Shown here in pieces: positions 1 to 17,261 of a stretch of 64,000 nt of DNA (its first letter is position 1; every line of letters begins with the position of its first letter). Source of the DNA: the human T2T-CHM13v2.0 reference genome, Homo sapiens; the NCBI RefSeq assembly GCF_009914755.1, contig NC_060934.1; one strand, 5' to 3'. The notes under the pieces are model-generated. The model saw only the letters and a program-made list of their open reading frames with translations. It was not told where the DNA came from and searched no databases. The position numbers were made by a program, and so were the translations under genes.

Positions 1-29
1 TTGCATTTGGCTGCATGGGATGCTAGCTT

Positions 30-470
30 GACGTCATGGCTTAACCCCAGGTGGGTTTATTTTTCTCACATAACAAGAATTCTGGAGGTGGGATTGCCAC
101 GGGCAGCAGCTCTGCCATGGTGTCAGTTTTCCAGGTGTGACCTATCTTTGCACTCCACCATCTCTAGCATGTGGTTTTCATTCCCCTGCTTGTTATCTCA
201 TGGTAGCAAGATGACTGTTTTCCCTGTTGGCCTCAGATCCATGGTGCAGGTAGGAAGGAGGAGAAGAGGGGAGGGCATCAGGCACTTGCTAGTCTCTTTT
301 TATTAGGAACATCCAGCAGAATTTTCTTTCCATGTTTATACCTTACTGGCCATAATTGGGCCACATGGCTGCTTCCAGATGCAAGGGGATCTAAAGGGAC
401 ATAGAGAGGTTTTATGCTTAAGCAAGAAGGGCAGAACAGACATTGGGTAGACAAACAGCAAGGATAAGCA
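30..470 (-). mobile_element. Old MaLR LTR (MLT1J/K-like), diverged
   Basis: MLT1-type blocks: ggcttaa...tttattttctcacataacaagaa, catggtagcaagatgactg, cttactggccata...cacatggc...tgcaagggg. Confidence 0.6.
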
Positions 471-609
471 CAGCCTCCCAGCCACCTCTTGCCCTGCCCC
501 TGTGCCCTGAAGACATACCCTTCACCTCCAACCACATTCCTTCCAGCTTGTAGCCTCCCAAGGATCTTCTTCTGCTTCCTCCCCAACCCTCTTCTACTCC
601 TGCAGCCCC

Positions 610-1071
610 TGGGTGGTCACGGAGATGCTTTGCTCACAGATATCTTCTCTGTGGGGAGCACAGTTGCTGAAGAGACTCAGCTGCCTACTTTTGGGTCCAC
701 TGTGACGTTCATGCTGAGACCACGCTTCCTGTGGGCCCCACCCAGCCAGTGACTGAGCACAGTGAGGACACTAGAGTTGGCCATTCCTGCTCGGTGTGGG
801 ACTCCTCGAATGGGCAACCTTTGCTCGGAGCCTCTTGATCCACCCGGCAGAGACTTTCCCAGAGCTGGTCTACACTCTGAGGCTCTTTCTAGCCAATCTT
901 CCTTTTTCCCTTTTTCTCCTGTTGTTGGTGTTAGACCTGCATTGTGACCCAAACATTCTCCTCTCCTCTCCTGCTCCCTTTTCTTCTATGCTTTACAGAC
1001 ATTTCCCCAAATAAATCTCTTGCATATCTATTGCTCTCTTGACATTTATTTCTTGGAGGACTGAAACTGAC
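610..1071 (+). mobile_element. ERVL LTR16-family solo LTR
   Basis: 3' end aataaatctcttgca...tcttg...ttcttggaggactgaaactgaca and internal ggccattcctgc...tgggactcct...tgggcaacctttgctc resemble LTR16. Confidence 0.7.
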
Positions 1072-1287
1072 ATGCCTGCCTTCCAACATATTCGTGTCCT
1101 TTCTCTTACCTGGAAAATTTTCCTTGTCTGTGATCTTTGGTTTGCAGTGAGAGAGGCATAGTTTTACCTGTAATCTCCTCGTTATCCCCTGACTTCTTAT
1201 AACAGGAGTGTCCAAGATGGATTCTTTGTTTGAATTCTTAGGCTACTTTTTTTTCTTTCCTTTTTTACTTTTCTTACTTTTTTTTCA

Positions 1288-1400
1288 AAATCAATCAATC
1301 ACATTTGTTGAGCATCTGTTATGTGCTAGGCCCTGTTGTAGGTGGTAGGGGATACCAAGATTTATCTGTCTGAGGCCCTACCCTGGTGGCGTTCACAGGT
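1288..1400 (-). mobile_element. L2 3' end fragment
   Basis: aatcaatcacatttgttgagcatctgttatgtgctaggccctgttgtaggt...ggggatac. Confidence 0.6.
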
Positions 1401-2932
1401 TGGTGGGTTTAGGAAAGAGCCTCATTTTCCATTGGTGGATGATATGTTCTCCCCACCAACCATCTCTCTAAACTCTGGCACCTTTCTTGTCCAGCATTTC
1501 TACCTTTTGAGCCTCTCTGCCACTTTTCTGGCAAATTACAGAAGAAGCAAAGCAGTTGTTGCCCCTGCATCCAGCACATCAGAAGTCCAGGTAATACAGG
1601 CCTGGAGTAACCATGGCAACCTTAATGGAGCTCAATGACCCAGCATAAATCTGGCCGAGCTCATTGTGAAATGTGAGGGAGCTCTGTCTGCTTCAAACCG
1701 TTTGGAGGGAAAGGTGCCTTGCACTCCGTGGGTGACTGACAGAAGGTTTCCCCAGAGCGCAGAGGAAAAGCCGGGGGATGCGACACTCAGAGTGAAAAGG
1801 AAAGGAAGACTTGATGTTGACGAGGAATGGTTTTCTATGGTCTGTTGACATGGCCTGCTGAACCCGGCTGACATATTCATCTGGTCATTTATTTCCATGC
1901 TCTGGGCCTGTCTTGAGCTTGCTAAATACATTTAAAAAAAGCTCCAGCTATGGAAGGAACATGAAACATTTTCAATACAACTACACACGTGCATGTGCAC
2001 CCACCGTTTCAGGCATGCAGATGAGATGGAACTGCCTGGTGCTCAGCTCCTTAACGAATGTCCGTTCTCTCCTTTCCCTTTACCTGGCTGGGAAGGGCTT
2101 CACGTGGTGTGTACTGCTGATGCCGCCTTTTGTGCTCCCTTTGCTGGAAGCTGCCTTCCACATATCCTCCAGGCTTTGACCCAAGTGTCACACCCTCAGA
2201 GTGGCCCTCCCTGACACTCAGAGCAGGTGCCCACCCTTGTGACTCTATCATCGTTTTCCTTTTTTTGTGTGTGTGTGTTCCCACACTGATTTCTTTTTGT
2301 GCCTGTTTGTGATCATTTTCCTCAGTATTGCGAATTCACAGGGAACTACAAGGAACACTTCAATCTTGAAGGATTTTTTTCCCCTAGAAGCTGCTCTTAC
2401 CTGTTCCTCTAGATGCTGTGGCATTTAGGTAAATTCTGGCTGCAGGCAGTCCATTCATTCTCACCTGTCTGAGAGCACAGTGCTTCTACTCTTGGGTAGC
2501 AGGGAATCAAGCATAGAGGAGCGGTGTGGGAGGGCAGCAGGAAGAGCTGGTACGACTCTCCATTTCATGTGTGAGTGTGGTGCTTATACCCCTTTATACT
2601 ATTGCTTTATTAAAAGCAATCTGAGCTATGTACAGCAAGCTGGGAGGTCGCAGGTAGAACCACACAAGTGTCTCTATTTAATTCACAAGCTGATTACCTC
2701 CTGCTGTTTCTAAAACAATAAAAGGAAAAATAAACACTCCTCAACCCTGCCTGTTTTGAACTTCTCTTTCAGAAGATGCAAGTCCTGATCCTTTGGTAAT
2801 AGCTGTGCAGTAGAAAGGCTTGTGTCTACTGTCACTCTCCTGGGTTCTCATCTCCTACCTCCCTTGCAATCCTGATAGGGATAAACAAGATTACTGATCA
2901 ATTGAATGGCCTATGGCTGGAAGATAATTTAT

Positions 2933-4600
2933 TTTTTTATTTTTATTTTTTGCCTTTTCTATTTTTTTTTTCAATTTACTTTAAGTTCTGGGATACATGT
3001 GCAGAATGTACAGGTTTGTTACATAGCTATACATGTGCCATGGTGGTTTGCTGCACCTATCAACCCGTCATCTAGGTTTTAAGCACCACATGCATTAGGT
3101 ATTTGTCCTCATGCTCTCCCTCCCTTTACACCCCAGTGCCCCAACAGGCCCCAGCATGTGTTGTTCCCTTCCCTGCGTCCATGTGTTCTCATTGTTCAAC
3201 TTTCACTTATAAGTGAGAACATGCAGTGTTTGGTTTTCTGTTCCTGTGTTAGTTTGCTGAGAATGATGGCTTCCAGCTTCATCCATGTCCCTGCGAAGGA
3301 CATGAACTCATTCTTCTTTGGGGCTGCATAGTATTCCATGGTGTATATGTGCCACGATTTCTTTATCCAGTCTATCATTGATGGGCATTTGGGTTGGTTC
3401 CATGTCTTCGGTATTGTAAATAGTGCTGTAATAAACATACACGTGCATGTGTCTTTATAGTAGCTTGATTTATAATCCTTTGGGTATATACCCAGTAATG
3501 GGATTGCTGGGTCAAATGGTACTTCTGGTTCTTAGATCCTTGAGGAATTTCCACACTGTCTTCCAGAATGGTTGAACTAATTTACACTCCCACCAACAGT
3601 GTAAAAATGTTCCTATTTCTCCACAGCCTCGCCAGCATCTGTTGTTTCCTGACTTTTTAATAATTGCCATTCTGACTGGCGTAAGATGATATCTCATTGT
3701 GGTTTTGATTTGCATTTCTCTAATGACCAGTGATGATGAGCTTTTTTCATATGTTTGTTGGCTGCATAAATGGCTTCTTTTGAGTAGTGTCTGTTCATAT
3801 CCTTCACCCACTTTTTGATAGGGTTGTTGATTTTTTTTCTTGTGAATTTGTTCAATTTCCTTGTAGATTCTGGATAGTTAGACCTTTGTCAGATGGGTAC
3901 ATTGCAAAAATTTTCTCTCATTCTGTGGGTTGCCTGTTTGCTCTGATGATAGTTTCTTTTGCTGTGCAGAAGTTCTTTAGTTTAATTAGATCCCACTTGT
4001 CAATTTTGGCTTTCTTGCCATTGCTTTTGGTGTTTTAGTCAGGAAGTCTTTGCCCGTGCCTATGTCCTGAATGGTATTGCCTAGGTTTTCTTCTAGGGTT
4101 TTTATGGTTTTGAGCTTTACATTTAAGTCTTTAAACCATCTTGAGTTAATTTTTGTTTAAGATGTAGGGACGGGGTCCAGTGTCTGTTTTCTGCATTTGG
4201 TTAGCTAGTTTTCCTAGCACCATTTATTAAATAGGGGATCCTTTCCCATTGCTTGTTTTTGTCAGGTTTGTTGAAGATCAGCTGGTTGTAGATGTGTTGT
4301 GTTATTTTTGAGATCTCTGTTCTGTTCCATTGGTCTATATCTCTGTTTTGGTACCAGTACCATGCTCTTTTGGTTACTGTAGGCTTGTGGTATAGTTTGA
4401 AGTCAGGTAGCGTGATGCCTTCAGCTTTGTTCTTTTTGCTTAGGATTGTCTTGGCTATAGAGGCTCTTTTTTGGTTCCATATGAAATTTAAAGTAGTTTT
4501 TTCTAATTCTGTGAAAAATGTCAGTGGTAGCTTAATGGGATTAGCATTGAATTTATAAATTACTTTGGGCAGTATGGCCATTTTCACAGTATTGATTCTA
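2933..4600 (-). mobile_element. 5'-truncated L1PA (PA7/PA8-like), ~1.67 kb, with TSD
   Basis: T-rich tail, L1 3'UTR, ORF2 C-terminal peptides (ORFs 3196-3438, 3512-3811, 4201-4659); TSD gaagataatttat at 2920-2932 and 4601-4613. Confidence 0.95.
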
Positions 4601-6249
4601 GAAGATAATTTATAAATGGCCCTGATATACTTCTGTCTAGCCTGGTGCTGGTAATGCAATATTTTGGGGCAGGGCCTGGATTAAATGCCCTTTGGACAAA
4701 GTTTTGGGGAGAGGATGATGTAGTAGTCTCACATTCCATTGGCCAGTGAATGCAGCCATAGACAGACATTTGTACCAGTCCCAGTAATGTTGAAAGTTTT
4801 TCAAGCCGATGATTGCCTTCTCCCTTCTTAGATTGCCTGCATGCCAGCCTCTGTATCTGGAGAGCCGGGGGAAGCCCAGTCCTACCAGGATGAATGGGGA
4901 GGGACTGGCAACCACATCAGCACCATCTCAGCTTGCCTGCTCTCTGCCCCTCACCACCCCTCTCCCTTGCATTGAATTGTTTTTATCATAAACTCACAGA
5001 ATGGCTTGGTTGTAATGGTGTGGTCCCTTGGTAAGGACTGCTCTTGCCTTTTGGTTGAGCTCTCCAGTTCCTGAGATTTCCTGATACTTTATTGTGAGCC
5101 CTCACCTTCTGCTTGTGGTCCTGCCACAGACAGGCTTGACTGTCCCTTGCTGAGGCTGGTGTGATGAGCTCCAAGTCTGTCCTAATTAATGTTGTTTCCT
5201 AGGTGCTTTGTAGTTATTGAATAATTTTCATTTCCCGGCTTACTTGTTCCTTTAGCCACAATTGTCACTTTCCTATACCTCTGGAAACATAAGGCTTCTG
5301 ATGTCAGCTCTACCACCACCAACCTCCACCCCCCACAACAAGACATGATAAATGGCTGCAGAGGCTGAGCTGTCACCTGATGTTGGGGAATAGTTTATTC
5401 GAAGTGATATTTTGTTTGCTCCCCAGTGGCTTTTCAGATTCCTCCAGCAAATATTTTCAGAATCACTTAATTCCTCAGAGCCCATCAGAATTCTTCTTGT
5501 GCAAACAGGGCTGCATTCTTGATCACATTAAGGCACTTAAAATGTACTTAAGGGATTTGATTTCCCCAGCCATCACCCACCTCCTCTCCTCACCAAGTGA
5601 GGGCTCCTTTGACTTATGGATTTTCAGTGTAAGATTAATTTTCTTTGCAACATCTTTGACTCTCAGGAGTGGTGAAATTGTTGTGGTTGGATCAGTCCTG
5701 GGAAACCTTGAGAAGGTTCATGGGCTTGAGGGGTGCAAAGGTGGGATCAAAGAGGAAAGAAGCATTGGCATGTGAGACTGAGAATTTACAAACTGCCTTC
5801 ACATACAAGTCCTTAAGACCATCATTCTTCTGGTTCTGGATGTTTCTTGTTAACTAAGCAGAACAAAGTGGATCAGCTGTACAGTGTCAGGCATCCTATG
5901 CTGGGCTAAGGGGGGGCAGACAAAATCTCTGTGCAAGATGTCTCTGAGGTTGTGCTGGCATGGAGGCTGTCATTCAGTCCTGCTTCAACAAATGGTATTT
6001 CAGGAGAACAATAACAACAGTAAGAAATGAATACTGATTTAAACATGTTCAGTGTGCCAACAAATATTTTGACATATCTATAATAATATTGCTAATTAAA
6101 TATAGATATCATTCAATGAGTTGTTAGCATGTGTTTTGAGGTGCTTTGCATATATATATTATCTCCAGTCATCACAAAAACCATGCCCATGCACGCAAGT
6201 GGAATTATGTCCAATTTAAAGAAAAGACACACCACAGTGAACATGTCCA

Positions 6250-6725
6250 AAGGGAGCTCTTGATTCACCCTGTTCCTTCCCAGGCTTGCCCATCAGAACA
6301 AATAGCACTGCTCTCCACGGTGTAGAAGCTACAAACCTGACTGTCATCCCAGATTATCTCCCCTCCCAACTCCTGGCCTTCAGCCCATAAACTTGTGCCA
6401 TTTCTATCTTGTACCTTGAACTCATACATCTCTCTGTTCCACCTTTACCAGCCTTGTTCAAACCTGAATTGTCTTCTGATTTCTTTTGCTCCTCCAAATG
6501 TTTCCTCCACATAGCATCTGAACAGTCTTTAGAAAACACCAGTCACCAGGGCACTGTCCCATTTAGCATTCTCCACTGACTCCCCATTTCCAGTTTCTCC
6601 TTCCACCCCATCACACAGGACTCTCTATTCCAGTCCCTGAAGGACACCCCTATGCTGGAGGCTTCCTGTGTTGTTCCCCCCTGCCTGGAACACTCTGCCT
6701 CCTGCTGCTCCTATGACCCTTCCTT
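6250..6725 (+). mobile_element. L2 fragment
   Basis: gagctcttgatt...aaacctgactgtcatcc...ccacatagca...gtcttta...cccctgcctggaacactct. Confidence 0.6.
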
Positions 6726-6769
6726 GTATTCTTTAGGTATTGTCAGTCTCCCTTGTGATTCTCTATCCA

Positions 6770-6890
6770 TAGATTCAGCATAATTTCCTCATAAGTTTAG
6801 GGCAGGGCTCAGAAATCTGCATTTTTAGCAAGCTCCCCCAACCCTGGGATTCTGATGCAGCTGATCCGCACTTTGCACTGTCATGGGAAA
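6770..6890. mobile_element. MER5-family hAT MITE fragment
   Basis: gggcagggctcagaaatctgcatttttagcaagctcccc...gattctgatgcagctg. Confidence 0.65.
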
Positions 6891-7889
6891 TGCATAGGAC
6901 AGTTTTCTGATGTGCTGCTACAGCTCAAGATAGTTTTTCAGGAAGCCCCTGCAGAAAAGTTTAATGAGATTTGAGACTTTCTATGTCCGTGATAAGAGCA
7001 GCAGGTATTTTGAAAACCACAAACTCATTTCTCAGCTTGGTTCTCCAGTTGTGTACCAGGCTTGGCTCCAAATGTCTCATTCTTTGAACCTCAATAGGAA
7101 AAGTTGCTACCATTAAAGATCTGGAAAAGGTAGTTGCAAAATTAATTTGGGTAACTTTGTATTCGGAATACTTGTTCAGTCTCCCAAGGGGACTGCTGTG
7201 GAGAGGGATGTTGTCTGTGGAAATGGAGGTGTCTGCTTTGTGGTCCCTACAGCAGTCCTAAACCTAGGGAAAGCTCCTCTAGTGTGAAGGGTGCTTGTGC
7301 CGAGAGTCACTGCAGAGCATTTTGGGTTAGACATTCCCCATTTTTCATTTGAGAGATTTGATGGAGTCTCAGAGCCATGGATTCTAGAGCTACACTGATT
7401 CTGCAAAGATTTGGAAATCTTGAATATCCCCAAGGGATGTGTGCAATTTTTGGAAAGAGGAAAGAAAGGGTTATGTAAAGAAGATTAACATAAAAAAAGT
7501 GAAATAACCAGTAGGGGATGCCTTCAGTTCTTTGCTTATTTCAGTTATTTGGAATCTAGGAAAATGGAATTTTGCCATATTGAGTTGAGTTTTCCCTACA
7601 TAGATAGTCTTCATTTATAATTGGCACCTCTTCTTCAAATGATTCCATTTTTTACCAAGTTTTTATATAAGTCTAAGCTTCGATTTTCTGGACTTCCCTT
7701 ACTAAAGTAAATGAAGAAAAAAGAAAATATACATACACATACACACACTTTTTCAAAAACAGCTTTCCTTCAAGTCATCTAGGAAACTATTATTTCCTCT
7801 ATTCCAAACATAAAGGAGAAATCAGTTAGAAAAAGAGAACCAACCAACCATCTTCTTCTTTTCTCCCCTTTCGTTTCTCATCTGTCCTT

Positions 7890-8660
7890 CCACAGACATT
7901 TACTGAGCATTTATTTTGAGTCTGTCTTATACACATTTGCATTCCCAGAATGTAGGATAGCAACTCGTATAGTCTTTGTCCTCACTAAGCTTGCAGTTTT
8001 GGGACTGGAATGGAGAACAGGGAGATAGGCATTCAACAGATAATAATGTTATTACTATTTTCCTAAATATGAAAAAAATACAAGGTTCCATGGGAGCTCA
8101 GTTTAGAAGGGCAAGAAGACATCCCTGAGAAGGTGGCATTGAAGCTGAGAGCAGAGAGATGGGGAAGGTCATGGTGCATTTGAGCAACTAAAGGAAGGCA
8201 AATATGGTGTAGAATGGTGAGAAGTGAGATTGGAAGACATGCAGCCTTCTGTAAGCCAAAGCCAAGTCAATGTACTTAATTTCAAAAGCAGAAGAAAGCC
8301 ATTGGTGTTTATGCGATGGCTTAGTTCTTAAATCTCCTCTAGTGTTGAAATTGATTGAAGAGACAAGACAAGCCAGGAGGCAACAGAAATATCCTAGCAG
8401 TAAGATCATGGTGGTTTAAAAGGTATGATAGAAATGAAGTTGGAGAGTAATGAATATATTGGAGAAGTATCTGGGAGGTAAAATTACTGATGAATGAGGG
8501 AGAAAGAGGTGTCAGAGTGATCGCAGCATTTCTTTTTTGAACATACAGAAGTGCTTTTTTTTTGAGATATGGAGCCTGGAGAGGGCTGGGGTGGGAGAAG
8601 ATGACTGGTTCACTTTTGCACTTGTGAAGTTGAAGCTGCCTGTGAGTCATCAAGAAAGCA
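7890..8660 (-). mobile_element. L2 fragment
   Basis: catttactgagca...ccctgagaaggtggcattgaagctgaga...gaaagccattgg...gaagttgaagctgcctgtgagtcatc. Confidence 0.65.
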
Positions 8661-9544
8661 ACTCTGTCCCAGAGAGATACATTTTTGAAATTTCACCATT
8701 TGCTAGTGCAAATTTTCCTTGATTTTGAGTGACTCGTGCTTAAAGAACATTAAACTGCTATGCAGGATTCACGAAAGTGCCAGACATTTGTTCTACCAAC
8801 TTGCATTTTGAATAAGTGGTGTATGAAATCCCTTCAAAGTGGAAGTCTCTTAGCACTGTGCTATCTCTACAACTTCTGTTGTTTAGCTGAGAGTCTAGTG
8901 CCTAGAGAGCTAGGGCAGCGGGCACAGTGGTACCATGCTTGTCATCAGCTAGGGAGCAGATGGGAATAGCACACCTGAATGTCTAGGCTAGAGAACAACC
9001 CATGAGTTTTAAAAGCCATTGGAAAGTCAGGTAAGCAAGCTCCAAGGAAGGAGATCAAGGACACCAGGGGTCAGGGAAAAGCCTTGAGTCAGGAGAGGTT
9101 GGTGGGAAAATCAGTAGAAACCAGCCTCTGGAATGCCCAGGGCATGGGGTCATAAACAAATGCGTGGTGCTGGGAAGGGTAGAGGCCCGTGCTACCCAAG
9201 CTTCCCATGGGAGGAAAAAACCATAACTGTTGGAACTTGAGTAGAGTTCCAAAATGATATGAAATCACTACAGAAATTGTGAAAGGTAGCTCATAGTCCT
9301 ATTTGTTTAGCAACGACATAAAAAGCACCATCTTCTCTACCCCCATCAAAATAGAAAAGAGAAGCAGAGAAAAGCTAAGAAGAAAAGCAAGGGCTTTTGT
9401 TTGGACGTTGGAGTTACTTTTTCATGGGCTGTTCTATCCAACAGTCCTATTTCCTAATATTCTCTCTCTCTCTCTCTCTCTCTCTCATTTGCTTTTTTTC
9501 TTTAAGTTATAAAATCACGAGACCCACTTAGATTTGTGAGTGTT

Positions 9545-9720
9545 TTTCCCTAGCTGTACTGTGTTGGGTGGGTCACTTAATCTTCCTGCTCTTCGTTGAT
9601 TTTACCACAAATTTCAGATGACAGTGATAATCCCTGTCCTACCTTCATGACAACTTAAAAAATAAGGATTAAATAAAATAATGTATAAATTCCTTAAAAA
9701 GAAATTAGTTATTGTTATTA
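9545..9720 (+). mobile_element. MIR
   Basis: ctagctgt...gggtcacttaatctt...gataat...cctaccttcat...ggattaaataaaataatgtataaa. Confidence 0.6.
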
Positions 9721-10294
9721 CCTTTCTTAGGAGTTTGGGGTAGTTTGCAATAAAACTCATATGCAATAGAGCTGTAGAAATATGGGTTAAAAAAAGTAAC
9801 AAAGCAATGCAATGGAATGCAGAAGAGCGCCTTCATATAGCAGAAGCCCTAGGCCAAAGGAAATTCCTACACAACGCTGAGTATTGAGCTTCCTGGCAGA
9901 CAGGGAATAAAGGGAAATTAGCGAGTAAAGGATGCTCAGCATTTCATCAGAAACCATCAATGTTTTACCAGCAATTACTGCTGGTAATTTCACCCAAGTT
10001 TCTAACTTAGGGTAGGCTTGGAAGCTATTTGGTGAACTGAAGAAACATAAATGAGACATGGTCCTTGCTCTCTGCCTAGTAGGGGAAGAGTTTATTATGT
10101 CAACCATTGTGTGAGGAACCAAGTACACAAGAAGGGGCTTGTCTCCAAAAGCGATTACCCCAAACCAGGAATTGTCTTTTTAGGATCATTTCTTTTATTG
10201 AATCCCATCATTTAGTCAGTTAATAATTGCTTTTGGGTCACCATTGGTTACAGATACTGCACCAGTTCTGTGCGGAGGTAAAGGAAGGTTGTAT

Positions 10295-10962
<668 letters not shown>

Positions 10963-12359
10963 AACTTATGTATTTTTAATGTACCACTTGTTGGCAGAAT
11001 ATGCACCCAATTGACAGTGATTATCTTGCGACAGTGAGAATCTTGGGACGTTTCAGAGCCTATACTTTGTATTTCCATAAGATTTGAATTTTATATTGCC
11101 TAGTATTACATGTGTTATCAGAGAAAGCAATAAAGATACTAAGCACTGTGTGGGGAGCTGGGGAGAGCATAATGCATAGGTTATAGACCCCACCCTTGTA
11201 AAGATTAAAGTCTAGTAGGGGAGAAAGCCACATTAACAAGTTATACCACCATCTGAGCCTGCAACCATAGAACCGTGTACAAGGGGCACAGGAGCTGTGG
11301 GGCAGTGTATGAGGTAGAGGCTAGAAGGGGGTAGCAGAGAAGGTGATCTGAGTGTATTCTGGAAGGACACATAGAGTGACCATGACAAGGCAGCTCTATG
11401 CCAAGTAAAGATCCAAAATGGTCACGAGCATGTTGGTAACTCAGAAAGTAGCTCAGTCCCCGGGACATTCTGACTCATGAAATGCCATGGGAGGCCAGAC
11501 AGTGCAGGGGACATTTAGAGACAGATGGTCCAAGGGAGGAACAGTGGGTCAACTCAAATTTTCTACAGACCAGCCACATGATACTGCTTCTTCCCTCTCT
11601 TGGAAGAACTTGGCATTAAATCAGAGCTTAGTTGGCGATCCAGGGACAAATTCCAGACAATCTAATTAACCCCCAAGCTTCCTGTAGCACATTGTTCTTA
11701 AATCTCGACTTGATGGTCCAGAGGCAAGACACACATGTCATCAGAGTGAATATTTATCTAGAGATGAAATCACTGAGATACTATGATTGATAGGGTGAAG
11801 AATACAGCTTCAAGTTTCTTACTGACAAAAAGAACTCTGCATTTTTTGCACTGTTTTTATCCCATGAAGGGGTCTAGTGGACACTTTGGAGACCTGCTTC
11901 CATTTTCTCTGGCCTTTAGAGTTGGAGTCTCTGGTGTCACAACTACCTGGCAAGCTCTTTGCTTGACCTTGGCATCCTGACTTGGTGAGGTTGTTAGGGA
12001 AGGTAGTTTAGGGAGGAGAAAGTGAGCAGTCTCTCTCCAACCCTATCTTATGCTAGAGTTAGGAAGAAGGAAAGAGAGAGAAATAGGCAATTTGGTGGGA
12101 AAGATGGGAGAGTTAGGGCAAGAGCTGCTTGTCTGAAAGAAACTATATGTGATCAGAGATTTTAATCCATGCTGAGTGGGAGTCTATTTCCTATGGATTC
12201 TTTTCCCACTGCCTGGCCCCATACATAGCCTCTGGACTCCCCTTTAATCTGTAAAGCAGGCTTTGGGGGTGCTCCCATCTCTCTCCTAATACCATCCTCC
12301 CTTAAAATGCTCCCGAGGATCTTTTAGAGCAATGTATATGGTTTTCTCCCCACCCCCCA

Positions 12360-14050
12360 GCAATCTTATTGTACATAATTTCCTTTTTGAAAACTGCACG
12401 AGTCATAAATGTATCGCTTGATGAACAGTCAGACACAGAACACACCTTTCTATTCAACACCCAGATGAAGATAGAATATTGCCAGCAACCAAGAAGCTTC
12501 CCCTGTGATTTCTTCCAGTCAATACTTGTCCCCTACCACCCCATAAGAGATCTGCTATCCTAACTTCTAATGCCATAGTTCAGATTGTCTGTTTTTGAAC
12601 TACAAATATAGACTCATACTTTTGTGTGTCTCTGGTTTCTTTGGTTCAAGTTTATGTTTTTGAGATTCATCTCTGTTGTTGGATTTATTTGTAGTTTGAA
12701 CATTTTAATTCTGTAGTATTTTTATGAATACTTATCCTACTATTACTAGATGTTTGGTTATTTGAATTTTAGGACATTATGAGTAATACTGCTATAAACG
12801 TTTTTGTACATGTCTGTAGGTTAACATGGATACACGTATCTGCTGGTTATATTGCCAGGAATGAAATTTCTGGATACTAGGGAATGCATATGCTCAATTT
12901 TAGTAGCAATTGCTAAACAGTTTTCAATGTGCTTGTACTAATATACATTCCCACCAGTGGTGGCATATGAGAGCTCTAGCTGCTTCACATTGTCCCCAAC
13001 ACTTGCCAATGTTTGCCTTTTTCATTTTAATCGTTCTTGTGGGGGTATAGTGGTATCTGATTGCGGTGTTTCAATTTTGCATTTTCCTGATGACTAATGA
13101 AGCCAAGCACGTTTTCATCTACTTATTAACTAACTTGGATATCCTCTTTTGTGAAGCACCTGTTCAAGTCTTTTGCCTATTGTCTTATTGGATTGTCTGC
13201 CTTTTACTTATTGGTTATAGGAGTTCTTTATATATTTTTGGGCAAGTTCTTTTTAAAAAAATCCTCTTCATAATATCTCTTAACGTACAGAAGTTCTTAA
13301 CTTTATCAATTTTTTCCTTTATGGCTAGTATATTTTGTGGTTTAAGAGATCTTTGTCTACCCTAATGTACTAAAAATAGTCTCATGTTTTCTTCTGAAAG
13401 TTTTATGGTGTTGCCTTTAGCACTTAGATCCACAGTTCATCTGAAACTCTTGTTTGTGTATGGTATGTAGTAGAGGTCAGGACTAATTTTTTCCCCATAT
13501 AGATATCTAAGCGAATCAGCATCCATTATTGAAAAGGTCATCTTTTTCCTGCTGCGCTGTGTATCCGCTTTTGTTGTAGACCAGATGACTGCCATCTTTC
13601 TGTGTTTCTGGATAGACTTCTGTGTTGTTGGTCATTTTGTGTTCATCCAATACCTCACTGAAAATTTGATACCAGGTAGTGTAAGTTCTTTGTTGCTATT
13701 CTTCAAGACTACTTTTTGCTTTACATGCATCTCTATATATTTTAGAATCACTTGTCACCTTCCAAAGGAAAACCTGCTGGAATTTTGAGTGAGTTTACAC
13801 ACAACTGTAGATCAATTTGGAATTTGACATCTTTCCAGAATTGAGTCTTCTAATTCATAAGCATGCTCTATTCCTCCATTATTTGCATCTTCTTTCATTT
13901 ATTTCAATAATGTGTTGTAGTTTTCAGTGTAGACATCTTCTATTTGTTTATTTTATTATTGTATTGATCAGTTGTCCTAGGAATTTATCCATTTTGTTAA
14001 TCTTTCAATGTCTCAACTTTGAAAACTTTGTTGATTGAAGCCATGTATTT
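12360..14050 (-). mobile_element. Old L1ME-type fragment (3'UTR into ORF2)
   Basis: ttttgagattcatctctgttgttg, cattcccaccagtg, ttgcattttcctgatgactaatg, ttattgaaaagg. Confidence 0.8.
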
Positions 14051-14079
14051 TTTTTTCTTTTTGGAAACATTGTTTTTGC

Positions 14080-16160
<2,081 letters not shown>

Positions 16161-17261
16161 TCATGTAAACTTTAATCAGGATAAATCTTCCATTATCTGA
16201 GAGGAGCAGATTATGCATCCAATAATACACTTAAAAGGGAGTTAGGCCAGGTGAGAGCTCCCCTCTCCTTTTCTCAAGATTCTAACCATTTGGAATAAGC
16301 ACATGATGCCAAGTGGGAATCAGATCACAGTATTACCCTTGTTATTGATTGCAGAATACATCAGGGCATGCTCCTCTCAAGTGGAACTTAACACTTCTGA
16401 GGCAGAGGTAGACAGCAGCAGATCTGACTTGCAGTGGGGTAGAATAAGCGGAAGGTGAGAGAGAACAAACACTCTGTTTAGAGAATGTGGGCGACTGGGA
16501 TGAGAGGGACAGTGCAGAGGAGATCAGCTTAAATTTTGAAGGGCCTGAGGATTACAAGGACCAGGCGGATATCTGGCTGTTTGGGATGTGGGTGGGTGTG
16601 ATGGGCAGAAACTGCAGTACTCATTTCAGTACTATTGCCATCAGGAGAGGAGTGGGGCTCTCTTCCCTTAAATGGAAACCTGAGTGGGAAGTGTTCCCTC
16701 TCTAATGGTTGCTTTACCTGATCCATAGACTTTAGGCTTGCTATACCTTTCACTGAAAAGCAAGACACTGCAGCTTTCCTGACAAAAACAAAGGAGTGCT
16801 AATTAAAAAAATAGGATTTTGGCTTTTATGAGCATAATATTTAAAAATATTTATAAAAATCAAATATAAATAATAAAATTAAACACTTACAGTCCAACTG
16901 TCCAAAAAAAATAGCTGTTAACATTTTTGAGTGTTGTTTTCTTTTTCTTTTTAAAACCATCTATTAATCATTTCAAAGAACCAGCTTTTGGTTTTATTGA
17001 TTTTTCTCTATTGTTTGTCAGCATTTACTAATTTTCATTTTTAATCTCATTCTACTTTGGGTGTAATTTTTCTGTTCTTTGTCTAGTTTCTTAAGGTGGA
17101 AGCTTAAATCTTTGATTTTAGGCCTTTCTTTTTTCCTGCATATGTATTTAAAGTGATAAATGTCCCTCTAAGCACTGCTTTAGCTGTATTCTATAGATTT
17201 TGGTATGTCCATTTTTTTAGTTCCATTCAGTTCAAACTATTTCTTAGTTTCCTTGGTATTT

